Shown here: one piece after another, positions 36,519 through 46,687 of the stretch
Layout: each line of letters opens with the position of its first letter
Position numbering within the stretch: the stretch's first letter is position 1
NCBI GenBank assembly: GCA_942491275.1
Contig: CALNZI010000006.1
Span: 73,899 to 137,898, forward strand
Direction: 5' to 3'
DNA length: 64,000 bases
DNA from: Minisyncoccota bacterium
GTDB taxonomy: Bacteria; Patescibacteriota; Minisyncoccia; Phycocordibacterales; UBA9973
The notes under the pieces: generated by a model
Told to the model about the DNA's origin: nothing
The model's input: only the letters and a program-made list of their open reading frames with translations
The model's database searches: none
Position numbers and translations under genes: made by a program

Positions 36519-38205
36519 TTACAACTCTCTTTGTTCTGGGGCAGTAACAGGTTGACGTTGGAAACGATGACCAAATGCATTAATTAAACTATAAAGTTCT
36601 TTATTTTTTATAATAAGTAAAACAATAATCCCTGAAATTATTCCAAGAACACCTGAAATGAATCCCTGGAGAAAGACCCCCCAGAAAGTAGTAAGGTTAA
36701 AAATGTTATCAAAAACTCCAAGGAATAAATAAGCAACCATTCCCATGGTAACTGCTCCCATTGAACTTTGGATAAATGTTGGCCAAAGTTTTGAGGAGGC
36801 TCCATGTAAAAATTCTCTTAAATAGAATCCAGACTAAAAAGAAATTCAAAATTGAACCTAAGGCATAAGCCAAAGGCAAAGCTAACATTATTGTTCCCGG
36901 AACATCTTTAACACGAAGAACAATTTCTAATTGAGTTAAAATACTTGGATAAGTTTTAAAAATATTTATTAAAACATAGGCCAATACCACAACCATGGCA
37001 GAAGAAAACACATTTATAAATAGAGGTTTCTTTGTGTTTCCAGCAGCATAGTAACCGCGAATAAACAAAAGAACTAACCCTTGAGAAACAAGGGAAATAA
37101 CAAAAAGTGCTACAGCTGCTGCCGTTAAACGAGTGTCAAACCAACTAAAAGTATTAGATCCTAATACAACTCTAACAATTTGAGCTCGAAGAACCATTAA
37201 AAGTGTTATTACTGGCAAAGACCAGAAAATAATCTGCCGAGCAGCTTGTATTATATGAGAAATGAAACTATCCATATTTTTTGAAGAAAAAGATTGGACT
37301 AAAACAGGAAAGGCTGCCACAGAATATGAAATCCCAATAATTCCCACGGGAACAGATTGCAAGTTAAAAGAAAAAGTAAAAAGAGAAATTGAGCCTTCTT
37401 TTAAAGTAGAAGCTAGAGCAATAAGAATAATAAAAGCTAAACTATTACTCGATAAGGCTAAAGTTCTTGGTAGAGATAATCTAGCAACCTGCCACATTTC
37501 TTTCCATGCAATTTTTTTAACAAACTTAGGGATAAAATTATGACTAGCCACAACAGGAATCTGTATTAATAAATGTAAGATTGCTCCAAATATAACCCCC
37601 ACAGCTAAACCATGAACTCCAAATTTAGGATAAATAAAAATTATTCCACATAAAATTCCAATATTGTAGAAAACTGGAGACAGAGAAAAAATAAAGAAAT
37701 TTTTAAACAATTGAGTAATGGTTCCAATTAAATTAGATAGTCCAATAAAAATTGGAGACAGTAGCATAATTCTACTGACATCTACCAATAATTTTAATTG
37801 TGATTCTGAAAAACCAGGAGCAATTCGAGAGGCTAGATAAGGCATTATAATAACCATAATAATACTTATGGTAACCATCAAAACCATAAAAGCACTGAAA
37901 ACATTATTTAAAAATATACGAGCTCTCTGATTATCTGACTGACCTTCCTTTATTTTACTAACAATAAAAGGCATTAAAACAGTTACGGAGGCTAAGGAAG
38001 CTATCGAGATATAAAGAAAATCAGGTATACGAAAAGCGGCATAATATATATCCAGAGTTGGCCCAACCCCAACAATATTAGCCAGCATTCTATCTCTAAC
38101 TAAACCTAATATTTGAGACAGAAAAGCGAAACCGCCTAATAATAAGGCGGCTTCGTTTATTCCATTAAACTCTTTATTTATAAATCCTAGGATACGCTTA
38201 GCCAT
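36519..38205 (-). CDS. murJ: lipid II flippase MurJ (MviN family), interrupted by a frame change near 36810-36833
   Basis: The track gives two overlapping ORFs (36709-38205 and 36519-36761). The second frame is open back to 36833 and reads ..FYLREFLHGASSKLWPTFIQSSMGAVTMGMVAY.., which continues the TM topology. Confidence 0.8.
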
Positions 38206-38233
38206 TTTTACTATATTAAATTATTACTTACTA

Positions 38234-40591
38234 TTATTCCTCCTTTGAAGATTTTTCTGTGGGAATTTTCAAATCCTCGCTATCTCCGTCTTTAATTAAT
38301 TCAACGGTATCTGGTGCCGGTTTGGAAATTGAATTGATGGCGTCTTTAATACCCTGACTATCGGGGAGAACTTCATTTAGTATATTGTATTGAATAAGTG
38401 CATCATCTTTACGGTTATCTTTTTGATATGACTGACCTAAGAAATAACGAGCGTTCAAATCTGTGGGACTAAGAATGACCGCCTTTTCAAAGGCTCCAAT
38501 TGCTCCTTTGTAATTTGAATCACTATAACGAAGCATCCCCAGTCTGTAGAAAATAGATGAATCATTAGGGTTCAACTGCCCAGCTCTTTCAGCTTGTTTT
38601 ATGGCTCCAGCAATATTTCCTTCCCCTGCTTCAATTTCAGCAAGTAAGAAAAAAGCATCAGTATAGTTAGCTTTCATGTTAAGGGCCTCTTCAATAAAGG
38701 CTTTCGCTTCTTTATTATTTTTATTCATAAATTCAAGCTGAGCTTTCGCCAAAATAATGGAAGGATTGTTGGGTGATAATTCTTGAGCCTTGTTAAAAGA
38801 CAAGATTGCGCTCTCATAGCTATTTTTTATATCAAGAGAACTAAAGGAACTATACACATTTCCTAAATTAACATAGTTAATATATTTTTTAGGATTTTGT
38901 CTTATAGCAAGACTGGCAGATTCCTCAGCTAAAGAAACCAACTGACTAAGACTTGATTTTAATGTTTCTTCTGATATTTTTTCATCCTGAAGAATTACTC
39001 TAATTTGATTTAAATAAACCTGTGATAAATTTCTATAATAGGAATCGTTCTTATTTAATCTTACAGCATTTAATAATGCTCCTTCTGATTCACCCAATGA
39101 CTCCAATGTCATTTCTGCATTTAGGCTTTTAGAAAAAGAAGAGACTGAAGCAAACTTAATAGAATAAATGTATGTTAAAGAAAGAGATAAAATCATTAAT
39201 ACCATTAAACTTAAAATCGCAAAAAAACTATTTCTAGGATTATTTAAGAAAGAGGACTCCTTCACTGGAATAACTTTCTTATTAACTAGTACTCCAATCA
39301 ACATTCCACTCGAAGCGAAAGCTAAAGTCATAAGAATCACATTGGGATTATAGACAATAACTAATACCCAAGAATAGATCGCCGTTAGAAGTGTAGTTAT
39401 TATGAAGTAATTTGAAAGTGGGTTTTGAAGAGCAATTCTTAGAGACTGGATTCCTCGAATAAAAATTACCACGATAAATAACAATAAGGAGAAAAAGCCC
39501 AATAATCCAGTGGTGACCAAAGTTGTTTGAAGGAAACTAAATCCATGATTAAAATCAGTATTCCAAAAAACTGTTTGGGCTATTTCTTGGGGCTGCCAAA
39601 GAGCCCAGTCTGCGGAAAATGTATTAGGACCAGTTCCCAATAAAGGATTATGCCCTAGTGATTTGAAAGCTATTTTAGTTGTTGTAACCACAGAAGGCCT
39701 AACATCTATATTAGGAATACTTACATACTTAGATATAAGTCCCCCAATGGAATTACTTCCAACTAAAAATACTAAAGCGATAAAAACAACAATCAAAGAA
39801 GCAAATGGAAATTTCTTTTTGTTTCCTTCCTTTTGAACTAACTTAACTCCAGAATGCTGAATTGAGATACTGTATACAAAAATTATTATCGAAAACAATC
39901 CAACTAAAATCCAAATCAAAGGAACATTAACAATAATTAAAAAGAAAAGACTTACCACAAATAAAACATATTGAACCCAGAGAAAAACTTTATTGCTTTT
40001 TAAGAATTCTAGAGTAAATACAACAAGTAGGACAATAAGGCCAAAGAAAGCTATAAAATTATTCCAATTCCCAACTAAATTCCCAGAAGAAACCCCTTGG
40101 AACAAATTAGGGAATACTCTTCCTAATCCAGCAAAAATATTCAAAAGTTCAAAAACTAACAAAATAGTAGCACCAAGAAACATTGATCCGATAAAATACC
40201 ACAATCTTTTCTCCGTTTGAAAATGTATAGATGAAAGAAAAAAGATAATAAATAAAATTAACATGGAACCAAAAGTTCCTAATTCAAATCCTGCTCCAAA
40301 AAGAGAATTATAGAGGGAGGAAGAAAATAAAGAGGAAAGTAAGAAAGATAAAGGTATAATAGCTCCAAACACCAGTAATCTATCTTTAGGTAAAACGAAT
40401 TTCCCTTCTCCAAGCCTAGCAATAAGCCATAGGAATAAAGAAAAAGTAGCACCTATAGAAATCAAAAACCCCTTACTTGCTTCTAGGGTGATTGGAGAAA
40501 AAGGAATAAAGAAGAAAAGTGCAAGAAAGATTGTACCAAGAAGTATTAAAAATGATAATCTGTCGAAAATTTTGATTGTTTTGAATTCCAT
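38234..40591 (-). CDS. polytopic O-antigen-ligase-like (Wzy_C-type) membrane protein with C-terminal TPR repeats
   Basis: 785 aa. About 12 hydrophobic helices, then TPR-like repeats (..AKAFIEEALNMKANYTDAFFLLAEIEAGEGNIAGAIKQAERAGQLNP..). Confidence 0.65.
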   Translation of the reverse strand: MEFKTIKIFDRLSFLILLGTIFLALFFFIPFSPITLEASKGFLISIGATFSLFLWLIARLGEGKFVLPKDRLLVFGAIIPLSFLLSSLFSSSLYNSLFGAGFELGTFGSMLILFIIFFLSSIHFQTEKRLWYFIGSMFLGATILLVFELLNIFAGLGRVFPNLFQGVSSGNLVGNWNNFIAFFGLIVLLVVFTLEFLKSNKVFLWVQYVLFVVSLFFLIIVNVPLIWILVGLFSIIIFVYSISIQHSGVKLVQKEGNKKKFPFASLIVVFIALVFLVGSNSIGGLISKYVSIPNIDVRPSVVTTTKIAFKSLGHNPLLGTGPNTFSADWALWQPQEIAQTVFWNTDFNHGFSFLQTTLVTTGLLGFFSLLLFIVVIFIRGIQSLRIALQNPLSNYFIITTLLTAIYSWVLVIVYNPNVILMTLAFASSGMLIGVLVNKKVIPVKESSFLNNPRNSFFAILSLMVLMILSLSLTYIYSIKFASVSSFSKSLNAEMTLESLGESEGALLNAVRLNKNDSYYRNLSQVYLNQIRVILQDEKISEETLKSSLSQLVSLAEESASLAIRQNPKKYINYVNLGNVYSSFSSLDIKNSYESAILSFNKAQELSPNNPSIILAKAQLEFMNKNNKEAKAFIEEALNMKANYTDAFFLLAEIEAGEGNIAGAIKQAERAGQLNPNDSSIFYRLGMLRYSDSNYKGAIGAFEKAVILSPTDLNARYFLGQSYQKDNRKDDALIQYNILNEVLPDSQGIKDAINSISKPAPDTVELIKDGDSEDLKIPTEKSSKEE

Positions 40592-40673
40592 ATTATTTTT
40601 TTATCTTAACTAATAAAATTAACTCTTTATTTATAGTGCCTCTAAGCATTATAACGCATAATATTATAGATTG

Positions 40674-43517
40674 CTATACAACAATATTAACAATACGATT
40701 GGGTATGTAGACAATCTTTTTAATTTCTTTTCCTTCAGTCCATTGAATTATAACTTTATCTTCTAATACTTTCCTTTTGACTTCTTCTTCTTTTATATCT
40801 TTATCCACCACCATTTCTAACCGGACCTTACCATTAACTTGAACTACTATTTTGGCCTGGTCATCAACTGTTTTTTTATCGTCATATTCAGGCCAATCAC
40901 TTACATGGATAGATCTTTCCCCGCCAAGCTCTTGCCAAATTTCTTCCGTTATGTGGGGAGCAAAGGGTGCCAAAATTTGTAAAAATAATTTAAAGTCTTC
41001 TTTACTTATTGCTTGCCCCTTACTACTTACTACTTCTCTTTCCATTTCATTAACTAAAATCATCATTGAAGAAATAGCCGTATTAAAACTCATTGTTTCA
41101 ATATCTTGACTTACTTTTTTGATTGTTTTATGAAGAGTTTTTTCTAAATCCTCGGAAGAAGACACTTCCTTTTCATTTATTACTTTCTGCCCTATTTTCC
41201 AAATCTTTTCAAGAAAACGTCTTGGCCCAATAATACTTTGAGTACTCCAAGAAGCATTCTGACTAAAAGGTCCTAGGAACATCTCATAGACGCGCAATGT
41301 GTCGGCTCCATAATTTTTTACAATTTCATCTGGATTAATAACATTACCCCAACGCTTAGACATTTTCCTTCCATCTTCTCCCATAATTAAACCAACTGAT
41401 TGTAATTTCTTAAATGGTTCAATAGTAGAAACAACCCCTATATCATAAAGGAACTTATGCCAGAAACGAGCATAAATTAAATGCCTTGTTGCATGATCAG
41501 CTCCTCCAACATAGAAATCTACTTGATTCCAATATTTTTCTTTTTCCTTATCAACCAAGGCTTTATCATTGTTTGGGTCCATATATCGTAGGTAATACCA
41601 AGAACTTCCAGCCCATTGAGGCATTGTATTCGTCTCCCTTTTCAAGCCATCTCCAACATTAACCCAATCGTTAATAGCAGCTAAGGGTGATTCCCCGGTT
41701 CCAGTTGGTTCATATGATTTAACTTTCGGTAAAATTACCGGTAGCTCTTTTTCTGCAACGGGAATAATTTTATTTCCATCATGCAAAATAGGAATTGGTT
41801 CACCCCAATATCTTTGTCTTGAAAAAACCCAATCGCGAAGTTTATATTTTGTAACCATTTTCCCTTTAATAAACTCTGTAATTTTTCCAATTGATTCCTC
41901 AGAGATTAATCCATTAAATTGTCCAGAATTCGTTAAAATTCCATTTCCTGTATAACAGTTTCCTTTAGTAAAGTAGTCCCAGGCTATCTTAATATCATCC
42001 CTATTAATTGCCTTAGCAACTTCTTCGGGAGAAAGCCAAACCACATCATGTAATGCTTTTTCTTCTTCACTCATTTCCTCTCGTTCACCATCTTTTAATT
42101 CAAAGTAAGCAATCTCAAAATGAGCAAAACGATTAACCAATTTAACGGCATGGTAGAACTGGGAATGAATTTTACCTAAATTTTTAACAAAATTCATATT
42201 TTTATATCCTGTTTCCTCTTGAATCTCTCTTTCTCCAGAGATAGCGAGGTCTTCATCTTTTTCAATTCCGCCAACAACAAATCCCTTCCAGCCATTCTTC
42301 TTATAAAATGACATCAAATATTTATCCTCTGACCAATGTTTAATTATTGAAACCACAGCTCTTCTTTCTGAAAAAGGAAGACCTTCTTTCAGAGAGTCGG
42401 GTCCTTCCTTTCTAATGATGAAAGGTTCTACAACAGTCCTTATTTCCAAATTATACTTTTTCGCAAATTGAAAATCCCTTTGATCATGTGCCGGAACGGC
42501 CATAACTGCACCTGTCCCGTAGGAGGCAAGAACATAATCAGCAATCCAAATTGGAATTTCTTCATTATTGGCTGGGTTTATAGCCACCACTCCTTTTAAC
42601 TCAACCCCTGTTTTTTCTTTCCCTTCAGCAGTACGATCCATTTCTTTTTTCTTTTTCGTTTCATCTATGTAGACCAGAACTTCTTTTTCATTTTCAACAG
42701 AACCTATTAAAGTTTCTACTAATTCGTGCTCTGGTGCTAAAACAACATAAGTCGCCCCAAAAATAGTATCTGGTCTAGTTGTAAAAACTTCTATTTTTTC
42801 GTCTCTATCTTTTATGGAAAATTTTATTTCTGCCCCTTCTGATTTCCCTATCCAATTTTTTTGACTTTCTTTAATATGTTCTGGCCAATCTAATTGATTT
42901 AAGTCTTCAAGCAATCTTTCCGCATAATCAGTAATTTTAAGAACCCATTGACGCATTGGTTTTTGTTCTATTTCTGAATCACAGCGTTCACATTTCCCGT
43001 CCTCTAAGTCTTCATTGGCTAAGCCAGTTTTACAAGAAGAACACCAGTTAATAGGCTCATAGGATTCATAGGCTAAACCTTTTTCAAAAAGTTTAAGAAA
43101 AATCCATTGAGTCCATTTATAAAAAGAAGGGTCAGTTGTATTTACTTCTCGTGACCAATCGTAATCAAGTCCAATGATTTCTAATTGTTTTTTAAAACGA
43201 GCAACATTTTTTTCAACAGCTACTGATGGATTAACTTTCATTTGAATCGCGTAATTTTCAGCAGGAAGACCAAAAGCATCAAATCCCATTGGGTGAAGAA
43301 CATTCATTCCTTGCATTCTTTTCATTCGAGAAATTATATCTGTTGCAATATAGCCCTTAGGATGACCAACATGAAGACCCTCTCCTGAAGGATATGGGAA
43401 CATATCAAGAATGTAATATTTAGGTTTTGAAGAAGAATCTAAAGTTTCATAAATTTTATTCTTTTTCCAATCCTTTTGCCATTTAGATTCAATTTTATTG
43501 TGATCGTAATTTTTCAT
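40674..43517 (-). CDS. leuS: leucine--tRNA ligase carrying an internal Nudix-box insertion
   Basis: 947 aa. HVGHP, the editing-domain TTRPDT and AVPAHDQRDFQFAKKY, and RKMSKRWGN. Nudix box GGIEKDEDLAISGEREIQEETGY at aa 416-438. Confidence 0.95.
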   Translation of the reverse strand: MKNYDHNKIESKWQKDWKKNKIYETLDSSSKPKYYILDMFPYPSGEGLHVGHPKGYIATDIISRMKRMQGMNVLHPMGFDAFGLPAENYAIQMKVNPSVAVEKNVARFKKQLEIIGLDYDWSREVNTTDPSFYKWTQWIFLKLFEKGLAYESYEPINWCSSCKTGLANEDLEDGKCERCDSEIEQKPMRQWVLKITDYAERLLEDLNQLDWPEHIKESQKNWIGKSEGAEIKFSIKDRDEKIEVFTTRPDTIFGATYVVLAPEHELVETLIGSVENEKEVLVYIDETKKKKEMDRTAEGKEKTGVELKGVVAINPANNEEIPIWIADYVLASYGTGAVMAVPAHDQRDFQFAKKYNLEIRTVVEPFIIRKEGPDSLKEGLPFSERRAVVSIIKHWSEDKYLMSFYKKNGWKGFVVGGIEKDEDLAISGEREIQEETGYKNMNFVKNLGKIHSQFYHAVKLVNRFAHFEIAYFELKDGEREEMSEEEKALHDVVWLSPEEVAKAINRDDIKIAWDYFTKGNCYTGNGILTNSGQFNGLISEESIGKITEFIKGKMVTKYKLRDWVFSRQRYWGEPIPILHDGNKIIPVAEKELPVILPKVKSYEPTGTGESPLAAINDWVNVGDGLKRETNTMPQWAGSSWYYLRYMDPNNDKALVDKEKEKYWNQVDFYVGGADHATRHLIYARFWHKFLYDIGVVSTIEPFKKLQSVGLIMGEDGRKMSKRWGNVINPDEIVKNYGADTLRVYEMFLGPFSQNASWSTQSIIGPRRFLEKIWKIGQKVINEKEVSSSEDLEKTLHKTIKKVSQDIETMSFNTAISSMMILVNEMEREVVSSKGQAISKEDFKLFLQILAPFAPHITEEIWQELGGERSIHVSDWPEYDDKKTVDDQAKIVVQVNGKVRLEMVVDKDIKEEEVKRKVLEDKVIIQWTEGKEIKKIVYIPNRIVNIVV

Positions 43518-43568
43518 AATATAGATTCTTGTATTATAACAGAAAAATGTTGTATAATAAACGACGTT

Positions 43569-44024
43569 ATGAAAGAACTACAAAAACAATCAATCGAGGG
43601 ACTTGAGGGCATAGCTACAAAATCAACTCAGTGGATTGGCTCAGTAAACTCAATTCTTATACATACGGCAATTTTTATTATCTCTTTTGTTCTATATTTT
43701 TTTGGAATAAACATAGATAAAATTTTACTGGTAGTAACTACGGTTGTTTCCCTTGAAGCAATCTATTTGGCTATTTTCATTCAAATGAGTGTTAATAGAC
43801 AAGATAAAAAATTAACAGAAGTAGCCGATGATATTGATGAGATCCAAGAAGATATTGATGAAATCCAGGAAGATGTGGATGGAATCCAAGAAGACATTGA
43901 AGAAGACGAGGAGGAAGAGGAAAGAGAAGAAGAGATGTTAATGAGAATCCAAGATACACTTGGAAAACTTGCAGAGGAAATCATTGAATTAAAAAAACAG
44001 CACATAGTAAACAAAAAGAAGTAA
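43569..44024 (+). CDS. DUF1003-like membrane protein with an acidic repeat tail
   Basis: Start chosen at MKELQKQ (ATG 43569), because the track ORF's first 31 codons overlap the leuS start. Contains SLEAIYLAIFIQMSVNRQ, which resembles the DUF1003 core. Confidence 0.55.
   Translation: MKELQKQSIEGLEGIATKSTQWIGSVNSILIHTAIFIISFVLYFFGINIDKILLVVTTVVSLEAIYLAIFIQMSVNRQDKKLTEVADDIDEIQEDIDEIQEDVDGIQEDIEEDEEEEEREEEMLMRIQDTLGKLAEEIIELKKQHIVNKKK
43830..43892 (+). repeat. in-frame 21-bp tandem repeat x3 (DIDEIQE heptads)
   Basis: gatattgatgagatccaagaa / gatattgatgaaatccaggaa / gatgtggatggaatccaagaa. Confidence 0.85.
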
Positions 44025-44039
44025 TTGAATTACTTCTTT

Positions 44040-44600
44040 TTATTTTCTTAATATTGTTTTTTTATTATTTTGGAAAGCTATAATAGTTGAGGGTTTACTT
44101 TTTCTTAATCCCCTATTTAAATAAAAATCAATTTTTGTACCAAAATATTTTTTTGCCTGAGAAATTATTTCTGCAGGTTTTTCCCCTTCAGGATTAGCGC
44201 TAGGAGCAACCAAAGGACCTGTTTTTTTTATTAAATTTAACAAATTTTTATTTTTAGAAGTAATCATCCTAAAAGCTATAGAATTCGCTCCTCGATGGAG
44301 ATATGAAAATTTTTGATTAGAACAAGACAAAATAAGGCTTGTTTTATAAGGCCAAATTAGATTTTTATCAATTTTAATTTTAAAAATTTCTAAATCTTTT
44401 AATGAAGAAATCAAAACAATTAAAGGTTTTTTTAAATTTCTTTTTTTTATTTTATAAATTTTCTCAACTGCTTTTTTAGATAAAGCACTTCCAACAAGCC
44501 CATATATGGTATCCGTCGGTAAAACACCTATCCCATCTTTTTTTAATAACTCTTCTGCTTTAATCCAATCTTTTTTCATATTGTTTATATTAAAATTCAC
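44040..44600 (-). CDS. tsaC: L-threonylcarbamoyladenylate synthase (YrdC/TsaC family)
   Basis: 186 aa. LPTDTIYGL and SANPEG motifs. Confidence 0.8.
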   Translation of the reverse strand: MNFNINNMKKDWIKAEELLKKDGIGVLPTDTIYGLVGSALSKKAVEKIYKIKKRNLKKPLIVLISSLKDLEIFKIKIDKNLIWPYKTSLILSCSNQKFSYLHRGANSIAFRMITSKNKNLLNLIKKTGPLVAPSANPEGEKPAEIISQAKKYFGTKIDFYLNRGLRKSKPSTIIAFQNNKKTILRK

Positions 44601-44603
44601 GAA

Positions 44604-44694
44604 AGCATATATTTAAAATTTTTTTGTAGGTGTGGGCACGCCGTAGCGAGGTACGAGTGGAGAGGGATAAGCAAAAAAATTTTAAATATATGCT
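44604..44694. repeat. 22-bp perfect A/T-rich inverted repeat enclosing a 47-nt G-rich core
   Basis: agcatatatttaaaattttttt (44604-44625) and its exact reverse complement (44673-44694). The core at 44626-44672 has 29/47 G+C (22 G) by my count. Confidence 0.9.
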
Positions 44695-44708
44695 GTAGTA
44701 ATTAAATC

Positions 44709-45821
44709 TTAAATCTTAAACTCTATAACGTCCCCATTTTTTACAATATATTCCTTCCCCTCTGTACGAACTTTCCCCTTGGCTCGGGCTTCAGAATAAC
44801 TTCCTATTTTCAATAATTCTTCCAAATTAATTACTTCTGCCTTAATAAATTTATCTTTAAAATCAGTATGAATAGCCATCCCTGCTTCAGGGGCTGTACT
44901 CCCCTTTTCTATGGTCCAAGAGCGTGTCTCATCTTCTCCTGTTGTAAAATAATTTTCAAGTCCCAATAATTTATAACTTTCTACAATTAAACTATTAATA
45001 CCATCATCCTCCCCTCCTAATTCTTTTCGAAAAATTTCTTTTTCTTCTCCATCAAAATCCTTTAATTCTTCTTCAATTTTAGCATCAATAATTATATACC
45101 TAGAACCCATTTCCTCTATATAATTAATTAATTTTTTAAATTCTTCTGGATTTGATTCATCCAGATTATAGGTTCCAGCCTGTTTATTCAATCCATATAT
45201 GAACGGTTTAGATGTTAATAAATTAAGCATTTTAACTTTATTACTTTCCTTTTTATCAAAATTAACACTATTAGCCAATTGCCCAGCTTCAAGAGTCTGT
45301 TTTAACTTATCTAAAACTTTATCTTCAAGAATTGATTCCTTGTCTCCTTTTTTAACCTCTTTAACTAAATTATTTTTTCTCTTTACTACAGTTTCCAAAT
45401 CGGCAAAAATTAATTCCAAATTTATTATTTCTATATCTCGAAGAGGATCAATATCTCCCATAACATGAATAATTTCATTTTTCCCATCCTCTTTTATTGG
45501 AAAAATTCTAACAATTTCTAAAATAGCATCAACTTCACGAATATTGGCAAGAAATTTATTTCCCAATCCTTCTCCTTTTGAAGCACCCTTAACAAGCCCT
45601 GCAATGTCCACAAATTCAATGGCGGCTGGAATTGTTTTATTTGATTTTGAGAACTTCGATAATTGCCACAACCGATCATCTGGAACAGCTACAACTCCCA
45701 CAGATGGATCTATTGTACAAAAAGGATAATTAGCTGAAGGAACACCCTTTTTTGTAAGGGCGTTAAAAAGTGTTGATTTTCCAACATTTGGTAATCCGAC
45801 AATTCCGATTGATAAACTCAT
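44709..45821 (-). CDS. ychF: ribosome-binding ATPase YchF
   Basis: 370 aa. GIVGLPNVGKSTLFNALT and a TGS-like C-terminus. Confidence 0.95.
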   Translation of the reverse strand: MSLSIGIVGLPNVGKSTLFNALTKKGVPSANYPFCTIDPSVGVVAVPDDRLWQLSKFSKSNKTIPAAIEFVDIAGLVKGASKGEGLGNKFLANIREVDAILEIVRIFPIKEDGKNEIIHVMGDIDPLRDIEIINLELIFADLETVVKRKNNLVKEVKKGDKESILEDKVLDKLKQTLEAGQLANSVNFDKKESNKVKMLNLLTSKPFIYGLNKQAGTYNLDESNPEEFKKLINYIEEMGSRYIIIDAKIEEELKDFDGEEKEIFRKELGGEDDGINSLIVESYKLLGLENYFTTGEDETRSWTIEKGSTAPEAGMAIHTDFKDKFIKAEVINLEELLKIGSYSEARAKGKVRTEGKEYIVKNGDVIEFKI

Positions 45822-45853
45822 GATTTGGATACTATATCACAGTTTCAAAAAAA

Positions 45854-46240
45854 TTAAATGCTCAATTTTTCTTTTACTCTTCTTACTATATCTTCAAGAG
45901 TGTGATCTGTTTTAATTAGGTAATCGTAGGAACCATACTCAATTGCTTCTGAAATATGGTCAACATCTCCTACATTGGTAAGCATAATTACAGGAATATC
46001 TTTTCCTCGTGGGTCGTTTCTTAGCCCTTTAAGCATTTCAATTCCATCAACCTTAGGCATCATAAGGTCGAGTAAAATTAAATCTGGTTTTTCTTGTAAC
46101 GCGAGACCCAACCCTTCTTCCCCATTTTTTGCGTCTAAAACAGAAAACCCTTCTTCCTCAAATTTATCATGAAGTACTTTTTTCAATGAAACTTCATCCT
46201 CAACAATTTCTATTAATAAAATCTTTTTTTTATTTTCCAT
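45854..46240 (-). CDS. receiver-only response regulator (CheY-like)
   Basis: Start chosen at MENKKKILLIE (ATG 46240). Contains LILLDLMMP (phospho-Asp) and IMLTN. No output domain. Confidence 0.8.
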   Translation of the reverse strand: MENKKKILLIEIVEDEVSLKKVLHDKFEEEGFSVLDAKNGEEGLGLALQEKPDLILLDLMMPKVDGIEMLKGLRNDPRGKDIPVIMLTNVGDVDHISEAIEYGSYDYLIKTDHTLEDIVRRVKEKLSI

Positions 46241-46253
46241 AAACAATAATAAA

Positions 46254-46660
46254 TTATATATTTGACTCTCTAAAAGATAGAGATTCAAATATCTCTCTAA
46301 TAATTTCATCTAACCGATGATTTGATTTAACAAAATACTTCTCAGCCCCTAAACGTAAGTAAGTGGCCACCTTGTCTGCAGTTGCTGTATTTGATACCAC
46401 AAATATTGGAACATTTTTAAATTTTGAGTTTTTTTCTTCTTTACACCAAGCGATAAAATCTAAACCATTTTCTTTACCCATTAAATAATGATCTAACCAA
46501 ACGGCATCAATACGGGATAAATCCTCAGAATACTCTTTAGCTTGGTCCATAGTTCTAGCTGTAACCACCTCAAAATTATTTTTTTCTAACTTTATTTTAA
46601 TTGCTTCTAAAGAGGAGTTTCATCTTCTAGTACTAAAATTACTTTTTTTTGATTTGTCAT
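46254..46660 (-). CDS. receiver-only response regulator, interrupted by a frame change near 46607
   Basis: ATG 46660 gives MTNQKKVILVLEDETPL then TAG (46609-46607). The next frame continues LEAIKIKLEKNNFEVVTARTMDQA.. into the track ORF 46254-46568. Confidence 0.7.
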
Positions 46661-46687
46661 ATTTATAATTATAAACAATTTTATATA

